From positions 62,001 to 126,000 of the forward strand of contig NIVC01001681.1 in NCBI GenBank assembly GCA_002269645.1: a DNA stretch of 64,000 nt, given 5' to 3'. A program made the position numbers and the translations under genes. Below the pieces are notes generated by a model, which was not told the DNA's origin, did not search any database, and saw only the letters and a program-made list of their open reading frames with translations. This document shows, piece after piece, positions 51,501 to 61,198 of the stretch (its first letter is position 1; every line of letters begins with the position of its first letter). The DNA comes from Macrostomum lignano (lineage: Eukaryota).

Positions 51501-54500
51501 TAGAATAAAACACTAACTTATTCCGCTCATTAACAGCCGCTTCAAGTTTGCGCTGAGCCTCCTCCAGGTAATATCGCTGCCGATTGTTCTCCTCTTCAAG
51601 ATCGCGCAAGCGGCTAGTCAGCTCGCTGCGCATGTTCTCCTGCTCCAGCTCGTGCTCAACTAGCAGGCGCCGATTCAGCGCGTCCAATTCGGCGGCGGCC
51701 TGGTCTTGCTGGCGCTGCAGCTGGTCCTGGTGGTCGGCAACCGCTCTATCGTAGTCGGCGTTTGCCACCTGGGCAATTTGAAACAGAGTGCTACTTATTG
51801 CTATGATTAATTAAAAACTATCCTGTAGAGTTGGGTAATACCACATGCAGGAAGATCTGCTATAATACAGGATTGGGCCATATAGTAGATACAGGCTTAT
51901 ATACAAAATACAGGTTCGGGCCATAGACTAGATACATGCTTATATACATAATACAGGTTCGGGCCATAGACTAGATACATGCTTATATACATAATACAGG
52001 ATTGGGCCATAGACTAGATACATGCTTATATACATAATACAGGTTCGGGCCATAGACTAGATACATGCTTATATACATAATACAGGTTTGGGCCATAGAC
52101 TAGATACATGCTTATATACATAGTAAAGGTTTGGGCCATAGACTAAATACATGCTTATATACATAGTAAAGGTTTGGGCCATAGACTAAAATAAACAAAG
52201 CGCACTCACGCTAAGCTGATCAGCGTACTCGTGCAGCTCCCTAGTAACAGTGGACACCTCGTCTTTCAGCTCGGCTAATTTAGCCTCCTGTTCGCGCCGC
52301 ACAGAGGCCTCGGCCCCGGCCAGCCAGCTGTTCAGATCAGCCGTCCAGCGGCCGAACTCGCCGGTAGCGTCGGCTAGGCGACGTCGAGTGTCGGCGAGAT
52401 CTTCGCGCAGCTCAGCGATGATGCGACCGGCAGAGGTGGCGCAATCAGTTACGGAGCGGCGCAGATTGGCGCAGTTGACGCAATCCTGTTGCTGCTGCTG
52501 CTGCGGCTCCTGCTGCTGCGGCGGTGTCTGGCCTACGCAGTATCGGCCGAAGTACAGCGGACTACGCGGCGTATCGCCAGACATACTAGCCGAGGAGCTC
52601 GAACCCGGGACCAACTGTCCGGCCGGGGCGGCGGCTTTGCTAAAGTCCGGGCAAGTGTAGAAATCTTCACCGCCCGGAGATATGTTGAGAGTCACGGGCA
52701 GGGAGGACAGGCTGGCCGAGGAGCCCTCGGTGATGGTGCGAACTCGCCGACGGACTGGGATGTCCACGGGCTGGCTGGCGTCTTCGGCAGTTGTCCGCGG
52801 CTGCACCAACAGCAACGGATCGGCGAAGTCCTCCTCGCAGAGAAAATTCTGCGAGCCGCTGTCGAAGGTGTCCACTGACAGTACGCGAGAGCTGGCAGGT
52901 TTTCCCGGGGGATGCAAAATATTAGATTTCTATTTCATAGTCATGTGTATTTAATAATAATAGTAATATTTGTAGTAGTACTAGTAGTAGTAGCATTAGT
53001 GGTAGTAGTAGTAGTAGTAGTAATAGTAGTAGTAGTACGAGCGTAGTAGTAGCAGCATCAGTACTGGTAGCAACTCACCGTCTAGACTCCCCTAACCCGC
53101 AGAGCAGCCTACTCGCAGGAAACGAGATCGGCCTGCTGTAGCCGCCGCGCGCCCCAACGCCTGGGCTGGTGCTGGCAAAGTCCACGGCGCTGTGGCTCTC
53201 GTGTATCGGAGGCGGCTGCGGGTGCTGCTGGTGCTGGGCGCCAGTGCGCAAGCTGCAAGGGCCGATCAGAAACTCGACACTGCCGCAGGAGCGTGGCCTG
53301 ATGACGCCTGTGGAGGAGTCTGCGTCGGCTAAAGCGCGTGTAGCGTCGGCCGAGTCGACGTCTGGGTAGTCGACGAAATCAGGCGGACCGCCCAAGCCGA
53401 CGCTGTGGCGCCGGGGCAGCTGCCTGCGGATCGATTGGATAGATTGAGCACTCGTAGATTGAGTAGATTAGGTAGATTGGGTAGATTAAGTAGATCGAGT
53501 AGATTAGGTAAATTGGGTAGATTGAATAGATAGGGTAGATTGAGTAGATTGGGTAGACTGAGTAGTTTAGGTAGATAGATAGATTAGGTAGATGGAGTAG
53601 ACCGAGTAGATCGAGTAGATTAGGTAGATTGAATAGATAGGGTAGATTGAGTAGATTGGGTAGACTGAGTAGATTATGTAGATTGGGTAGATTGAATAGA
53701 TAGCGTAGATTGAGTAGATTGGGTAGACTAAGTAGTTTAGGTAGATAGGTAGATTAGGTAGATTGAGTAGACAGAGTAGATCGAGTAGATTGGGTAGATT
53801 GAATAGATAGGGTAGATTGGGTAGATTGAGTAGATTAGGTAGATCGAGTAGATTAAGTAGATCGAGTAGATTAGGTAAATTGGGTAGATTGAATAGATAG
53901 GGTAGATTGAGTAGATTGGGTAGACTGAGTAGATTAGGTAAATTGGGTAGATTGAATAGATAGGGTAGATTGAGTAGATTGGGTAGACTGAGTAGTTTAG
54001 GTAGATAGATAGATTAGGTAGATTGAGTAGACCGAGTAGATCGAGTAGATTAGGTAGATTGAATAGATAGGGTAGATTGAGTAGATTGAGTAGACCAAGT
54101 AGATCGAGTAGATTAGGTAGATTGAATAGATAGGGTAGATTGAGTAGATTGAGTAGACCAAGTAGATCGAGTAGATTAGGTAGATTGAATAGATAGGGTA
54201 GATTGAGTAGATTGAGTAGACCAAGTAGATCGAGTAGATTAGGTAGATTGAATAGATAGGGTAGATTGAGTAGATTGAGTAGACCGAGTAGATCGAGTAG
54301 ATTAGGTAGATTGAATAGATAGGGTAGATTGAGTAGATTAGGTAGATTGAGTAGATTGGGTAGATTAGGTAGATCGGGTAGATTAGGTAGGTTGAAAGCT
54401 AGGTAGTTTAAAAGCTAAAATTGCTCCACACCGGTTCCTGTTAGAAGCACAGACATAACAGAAACAGATTAAAATGATTTCTTACCTGGAAGCTGCGGCA

Positions 54501-57500
54501 ACTTCCGCCAAGCGGCGAAATTTCCGAAACACCTCCTCGGCTGGCACATTCTCGCGCAGAATGAGATGCGGCCGCAGTTCGGGCACCCGGACAGCCAGAG
54601 CTTCCAGATCTGATCGGGTGACCCGAGGCAGGCCTGTGTCCAGGTCTTCTGGCGGCTTGGTTGCGAAGCTCAGGCTGCGATAGGCCAAGGAGGTGAACAG
54701 CGACCGGAGAAGGTGGCTGCGCAGGGTGTGGGCCAGCTCCTTCCTGACTGTGCGCTCCCGATCGTGCAGTTTAGACGAGTCGGACGATAGACTGCGAGTC
54801 CACTGTTGAAATTGATTAGGGATTCATTGTGTTGCTATGCAAATCACTGACTCCTCCCCTAAGGCACAGAGTGTACCTGCCTGACGATTAGAAAGTCAGA
54901 GCCGCTGTGTACACCCTGTGTGAGCCGGAATGGGCATGATTAGCGACAGTTGCCTCGCTTCTCCCCTATGTGAACTATTTTTATTACTAAATGGAAAGTA
55001 TGTCGATAATATATAGCAGGGTTCGGAAAACTTCGGCCCGCAAAACCTCTTCTCTATCCGGCGCTCGGGTCCTTTGAAACTCTCATCTCATCTCTTATCT
55101 CCCCTCTTCTCTGTCCCCCCTCCTCTTCCCTCACCTATCCTCTCGTCTACCCTCACCTCTCCCCTCACTTCTTATCTCCCCTCCTCTCTTTCCCTCACCT
55201 CTCCTCTCACCTCTTTCCCTCACCTCTCCTCTCGCCTCTTTCCCTCACCTCTCCTCTCGCCTCTTTCCCTCACCTCTCCTCTCGCCTCTTTCCCTCACCT
55301 CTCCTCTCGCCTCTTTCCCTCACCTCTCCTCTCGCCTCTTTCCCTCACCTCTCCTCTCGCCTCTTTCTCTCACCTCTCCTCTCGCCTCTTTCTCTCACCT
55401 CTCCTCTCGCCTCTTTCCCTCACCTCTCCTCTCGCCTCTTTCCCTCACCTCTCCTCTCGCCTCTTTCCCTCACCTCTCCTCTCGCCTCTTTCCCTCACCT
55501 CTCCTCTCGCCTCTTTCCCTCACCTCTCCTCTCGCCTCTTTCCCTCACCTCTCCTCTCGCCTCTTTCCCTCACCTCTCCTCTCACCTCTTTCCCTCACCT
55601 CTCCTCTCGCCTCTTTCCCTCACCTCTCCTCTCACCTCTTTCCCTCACCTCTCCTCTCACCTCTTTCCCTCACCTCACCTCTCCTCTCACCTCCTTCCCT
55701 CACCTCTCCTCTAAACTCCTTCCCTCACCTCTCCTCTAAACTCCTTCCCTCACCTCTCCTCTCACCTCTTTCCCTCACCTCTCCTCTCGCCTCTTTCCCT
55801 CACCTCTCCTCTAAACTCCTTCCCTCACCTCTCCTCTAAACTCCTTCCCTCACCTCACCTCTCCTCTCCTCTCACCTCTCCTCTCACCTCTTTCTCTCAC
55901 GTCTCCTCTCAACTCTTTCTCTCACCTCACCTCACCTCTCCTCTCCTCTCACGTCTCCTCTCAACTCTTTCCCTCACGCCTCACTTCTACTCTCCCCTCC
56001 CTTCTCCCTCCTCTCCCCCTTCACTCTCTTCTCTTACCTGTCCCCTCTTCTCTCTTCTATTTTCTCTATTCCCTCTCTCATTTTCTCTCTCTTGCCCGCA
56101 GTCCTGTACTAGATTCTATATCTAGCCCTTGTTAATGTGAAAACAGGAATTTTAAATTAACCTCATTGTATTTTTTAGCGAAAGATCTGCGCCGGACAAT
56201 TTCGGCCAAGGCTCTGGCGTACAGATAGGGCGATCGTTCGGCCTGCTGGAGCAATTCGTGTGCCCGGAGGCTGCGCTGCACCTGGGTCTTCATCAGGTTG
56301 ACTCGGTACTTATTGTGACTGTAGTCTAGCTGGATCTTTGACAGCCACCTACAACGGGAGAATCAGGCAGTTTGTTAGTGTGAAAGTATAAAGAAATGAG
56401 TTAGATCTGTGAATACTCTTAACATTTGAAAGCTAAGGATAAGAAAAATAGCTCAATAATGCTGTGACATTGAGTTTCATAATTTTCTAGCAATTCTGAC
56501 AACTTTCCAGGAATTTAAATGAGACTTAGGATAAGTGGGATGCAATGGAATTTGATTTTTTGAAAATTTTTCGGGAAATTAGACAAAAACAAAATCAGCA
56601 AAACCAGAATTTTTAAAAAAATTCTGAAAATCAAACATAAGACCTCTTTTTATGAATTCAAACAAAATTTGTTTCAAATTTTCCTGGAAATCAGAAAATA
56701 TTTAATTTTCAAATTTTCTAGGAAAAAAGACGGGATTAGATTTAAATTTTTAAGGAAATCACAACACATTTAGTTTCAAAAGTATATTTTCTAGGAAAAG
56801 ACAGAAATTTGTTTCAACCTTTCCAGGAAATCAGACATGATTTAACTACAGATTTAGCGGAAAAGGAATTAAATTTCAGAATTTTCCGGGAATCAAACAT
56901 TTAAATTTCGGAACTTCCCTAGCAATCAAAGAAAGAATCAGATTAACAAGTTTACAACTCACTTCAGTCTGCGGTGCAAGTTAATCGTAAACTCCTCCTT
57001 GGACCGCAGGATTCGCAGTCGTTTGTCCCGCAAAGCGTCGTGCTGCTTGGCCATGGCCTCCAGCTGGCTCCGATGCGAGGCGCACAGATCCGCTAGCAGG
57101 CTGGGATCGCCGCGCAGGCTAAGCCAGCGCTCCTGATTAGCCCGGAATCCTCTGGCCGATTCCGCTTGCCCAGCGGCCAACTGTAACGCGTCATCGGCCA
57201 GCCGGTTCAACTCCAGCAGCCGGTCCTCCAGTCCGCGCACCTCCCTATAGGAGATGTCGCTGGAACGGGCGACGCACTTTCTGAACTCCTCGTTTAGCTG
57301 ATCGACAGCGACTGACTGGACGCTGCGAAAGCCCTGGTCTAGGGCGTCGCGGAGACGGTGCAGGCCGCTGCCGCTGTCCTCGGCTGCGCCCTCGCCGCTG
57401 CCGCCGTCCTGCGAGGAGATCCAAGCCAGCAGGCAGACTTCTGACGAGGAGCCACACCAGCCTGTTGAGCCAGCTGGACGTGGCGGAGCCGGCGCTGGCG

Positions 57501-58164
57501 CTGCGGCGGGCGAGGAGGCGGCGTCGGCGGTTGAGTCGTCGTCTTGGACAACCTGAATCGAAGTCAATGGGTAAAGAAAGTGGCTATAAAATAGCTCAGA
57601 ATACGGTGCAGTCCATATCATGTCATCCAGAGGTCCATGACCACAAACCCACTCAGCAGCCCAGCAGCTGCTTACCAAAACTTCGTCGTCAACCCCGGCG
57701 GGATCAGTTTTCGACGTTGGCGTCGGCGGTGTCGACAGCGCGTCGTCATCGGCAGCCGTCGCGTCCTCCTCCTCCTCCTTGACTGTGGCTTTGCCGTCGC
57801 CTTTTTTGTCGTCTTCTGCAACTTCTCGGCCAGCTGGCGATGAAGCTCGCCTGGGACGGAAGCTGGAGCTGCCGCGACGCGGCTGCTGCGGCTGATGATG
57901 CTGGGACAGCAGTCCCGGATGCACTGGCACTCGGCCCAACAAGTTCAAGCATGACTCAAAATTATCCAGAGTGGCTTTTATCTCAGTTTTCTTGTCGAGA
58001 AATTCTCTAGCTTTGGTTAGAAATTCGTCGTGCTCGGGCCGGCCGCGCTGCATCAGTTCGTCCAGATTGGCCAGGCTGGCCAGCCAGCCCTGGTGCAGCA
58101 GGTGCTGATCGCGCACCAGCCACTGCGCCTGGTTGCATTCCTGCTGACCCAGGGATGCCAGCTC
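45506..58164 (-). CDS. RB1CC1: RB1-inducible coiled-coil protein 1 / FIP200 (Atg11/Atg17-like autophagy scaffold), 5'-partial; exons 58164-57676, 57552-56963, 56348-56162, 54802-54486, 53423-53079, 52891-52210, 51768-51518, 50350-49537, 45658-45506
   Basis: Family motifs recognised: DQHLLHQGWLASLANLDE; EEFTINLHRRLKW; YARALAEIVRRRSFAKKYNEW; HLLRSLFTSL..SFATKPPEDLDTGLPRVT; long coiled coils; C-terminal Claw/Atg11-C domain (FRKGDSVLL..LYFVK..SKEHCQTRK|FPNRFRLPMGTRFYR). All 8 junctions are GT-AG and phase-compatible (3828 nt including stop). About 120 N-terminal aa expected beyond the window, by comparison with the human protein from memory. Confidence 0.9.
45688..47866. repeat. 22-23-bp array (GAGAGTAGAAGGGCTGATTCTTA)n, last RB1CC1 intron
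   Basis: Direct reading. Confidence 0.96.
48772..49432. repeat. 19-23-bp array (GAGAGATTAGATCGGGACA)n, last RB1CC1 intron
   Basis: Direct reading. Confidence 0.9.
50426..51490. repeat. 23-bp array (GGAGAATTCGGATTGATTCTCAG)n, RB1CC1 intron
   Basis: Direct reading. Confidence 0.94.
51862..52186. repeat. 43-bp array (GGGCCATAGACTAGATACATGCTTATATACATAATACAGGTTC)n, RB1CC1 intron
   Basis: Period 43 measured (51918, 51961, 52004). Confidence 0.93.
52960..53073. repeat. (GTA)n imperfect microsatellite, RB1CC1 intron
   Basis: Direct reading. Confidence 0.85.
53441..54392. repeat. 9-bp-based array (GTAGATTGA/GTAGATTAG/GTAGATTGG)n, RB1CC1 intron
   Basis: Direct reading. Confidence 0.93.
55140..55975. 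repeat. 25-bp polypyrimidine array (CTCTTTCCCTCACCTCTCCTCTCGC)n, RB1CC1 intron
   Basis: Direct reading. Confidence 0.95.
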
Positions 58165-58221
58165 CTGCGTGCGCCGCGGCGGGAGGGTTGGGAAGTTGAG
58201 AATCTTCCGGAGCCCTGGAAA

Positions 58222-58958
58222 CTTACACAAATCTTCCCAAATCCTCAAAACTGACACCCACAAATCTTCCCAGATCCTCAAAACTGACACACACAAATCT
58301 TCCCAAATCCTCAAAACTTACACACAAAAATCTTCCCAAATCCTCAAAACTTACACACAAAAATCTTCCCAAATCCTCAAAACTTACACACAAAAATCTT
58401 CCCAAATCCTCAAAACTGACACACACACAAATCTTCCCAAATCCTCAAAATTTACACACAAAAATCTTCCCAAATCCTCAAAACTTACACACACACAAAT
58501 CTTCCCAAATCCTCAAAACTTACACACACACAAATCTTCCCAAATCCTCAAAATTTACACACACAAATCTTCCCAAATCCTCAAAACTTACACACACAAA
58601 TCTTCCCAAATCCTCAAAATTTACACACACAAATCTTCCCAAATCCTCAAAATTTACACACACAAATCTTCCCAAATCCTCAAAATTTACACACACAAAT
58701 CTTCCCAAATCCTCAAAATTTACACACAAAAATCTTCCCAAATCCTCAAAATTTACACACACAAATCTTCCCAAATCCTTAAAATTTACACACACAAATC
58801 TTCCCAAATCCTTAAAATTTACACACACAAAAATATTCCCAAATCCTCAAAATTTACACACAAAAATCTTCCCAAATCCTCAAAACTTTCACACACAAAT
58901 CTTTCCAAGTCCTCAAAACTTACACACAAAAATCTTCCCAAATCCTCAAAACTTACAC
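58222..58958. repeat. 33-bp array (ACACACAAATCTTCCCAAATCCTCAAAATTTAC)n, RB1CC1 intron, abutting the LTR
   Basis: Period 33 measured (58631, 58664). Confidence 0.94.
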
Positions 58959-58962
58959 ATGA

Positions 58963-61174
58963 TGTAACCACGCTCTGGTCGCGGGATAGGGCATGGGAAC
59001 TTTTTCGAAAGTGCCTCCTATCCCGTGCACCCTCTGCACAGAGCTGTCGAGACTCGGCCAGGTCTCCGACCGGGCCTGGAGACTCCCGCTCTGCTGCACC
59101 CCTCCTGCTGCCTTGGTCCCGTCTCTCCTGCCGCCACACCTGCCTTTCCGGAGCCCCTACCCCTTTCTGTACCTCCCCCTCTACCCTATCTCTTCTGTTC
59201 CCGCCCTATTCTTCCTGTACTTTCTCTACCTCCTCCCTTTTTTTTGTCTCCCTCTGCACTCTTTTCCTGCGCTGTCCCCTCTTTCCCTGTGTCTACTTAC
59301 AGTACTTTGTGTGCTCACCGTCTCCCCATCCCCTCTCAAACTCCCAAACGGTGACGCAAGTCGTGTGACCCCTTCTCCCCCTCGGTGACTCATCGATGAC
59401 TCATCCCCCTCTCTTGCGCAACCTTTTCTCACGCTATTGTTCTCCTTCCCAAATTTCTCATGTGACACCCACCCCACCTCCGCTTCTATTGTTCTCGTTT
59501 TTGCTTCTTTTGTTCTCTCGACCCCCACCAATTATCACATTTTCTCCGATTTTCTCTTTCTTTTGTTCTCGTTTTCGCACCTAATTATCACCTTTTCTCC
59601 AATGTTTACTTTTCCATTGTTCTCAGTTTTCCCCAATTATCCCCGATTTCCAATTCCTTTGTTCTCGACCCCAGCCCTATTGTTCTCAATGTTTGCTTGC
59701 GCAACACTTTCGCGACCACCCGCTGCGCCAATTATCCCCCCACCCCACCTCCGGATTGCGCAATTTCCCGATTTCTCATGTTGCTATGCCGGTCTCATGC
59801 TTCTCATCATGACTCATTCTGACGTCATTCTGCCGGCAGCCAATCAGAGAGAGGGAGCCATGGTAGCGACCTTGAGGAGGCGGCTGTGAGGTCTATAAAA
59901 GGAAGCGATTTCGGCATGAGAATACTCAACTGAGTTTATCTCTGTTCCTCTCCTCGTCCTTCTTTGGACTTGCTGTCAGATTGAGTTCTGACCCATTCGT
60001 CTATAAGACGAATCCCTGCCGGTCCGCGGTCTGTTACCGCCAAGTTATCCTTAGCTCCCCAAGTGAGCTCGCCTATCGGCCAGCGGTCTGATACCGCCCA
60101 GCATCATCAGCATCGCCTGATCTACATCAGCGCCTCGTCGCTCCAGCGCATCGCCGCTTCACCGTCTGCCTGACTGCAGCCTACAGCCGCCCTCGGTCAC
60201 TCCGCTCTCTCTCTCTCTGTGCAGCTGCCGGTAAGTTCCTGCTACTAATTTGTGCTCTAATTGCCTTTGCTTATCCGGGGTTTGCCTATTTTCCATTGTC
60301 TGATTAGAGAGCTGAGCCAATTGTGATACCGTATCTTTTGCTGTATTTTACTCAATAGTGAAGCCGCCTAATTGCCTGCTTATTTGCCTAAGGGCCTAAT
60401 TATTAACTATTAACTAACTTCATCATTATTCAATCTTTCACCATCATTTCACTCATGGCTTGCTAAGCCTTTCTCCCGGGGTGGCAAAGCATAAGGAAGT
60501 TTGGGTAAGCTAATGGCCTCTCCCCGTGCAAAGCCCGCCTGTGAGTGCGTGCTGCGGGGCCGCGTGTGCGTGCAGTAGAGGGATTAGCGAGTCTTGGCAC
60601 AGAATGGCAGTAGGAAGGTTGCAACCCCATGCTAACGCGTCCCTTCGCCCTGAGCAATCTAAACTGTAGACAGTACATGTTCGCCTCATACTACTCTTAG
60701 TAATCAAAGTCGCAAGTCAGCCTCGCTCACAGCCACAAAGGATCCCCTGCTGAGAAATCCTCCAGGATTGAGCCCAGAGTTCCCGATCATGCCCCAAGCA
60801 GAGTCCCTGTACTCGGCTGCATGCGTCTCCCCTGTTAGCCTAAATCCCCTGGTAACCAATCCAGGCGGGGCTCTAGCCTCGAGAGGTCTGGTAGAAAGAT
60901 CCAGGTGCGCCAGGTCACATAGAGTGGTGGCAGCCACTCGGTCATACTATGACCGAGTGACCAACTATTGCACCTTGGCTACAGGTGGGGTCCATGTGGG
61001 TCCTTGGCCCTCTGGTCACGAAGCGCTACCAAAGCTACTAATCATGTGGGCGGGACAGTCTGGTGCTGGAGGTCCGTCAGGTCATTGCCCGGTCATAGGC
61101 AGCCTACGGTCATTGCCCCCTCTAGTCATGCGTTCGTCTCTCTACGGAGCGGACAGGCGACAAGGGCGGTTACA
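58963..61174 (+). mobile_element. 5' LTR, 2212 bp
   Basis: Starts TGTAACC (58963) and ends GGTTACA (61174), a perfect 7-bp inverted repeat; PBS 6 nt downstream; internal promoter signals. Confidence 0.82.
59386..59900 (+). promoter_or_regulatory. LTR U3 promoter: AP-1 x3, CRE, CCAAT, TATA
   Basis: TGACTCA at 59386, 59397 and 59810; TGACGTCA at 59820; CCAAT at 59840; TATAAAA at 59894, in canonical order and spacing. Confidence 0.7.
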
Positions 61175-61180
61175 TCAAAA

Positions 61181-61198
61181 TGGTGGCAGCGGTGGGAT
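61181..61198 (+). other. Primer-binding site for tRNA-Leu
   Basis: TGGTGGCAGCGGTGGGAT is the reverse complement of ATCCCACCGCTGCCA+CCA, the 3' end typical of eukaryotic tRNA-Leu (AAG/TAG-type). Confidence 0.85.

Noticed and set aside
533-58958. Unit lengths following helical periodicity (11, 22, 33, 44)
   Set aside because: Many units (13, 15, 16, 18, 25, 61) do not fit.
12561-59368. Periodic ORFs (VRVRD)n, (MGFQNGISEWDFR)n, (LSSRLFPSPLL)n, (KIYTHKSSQIL)n and others
   Set aside because: They arise from stop-free repeat units; there is no domain or splice support.
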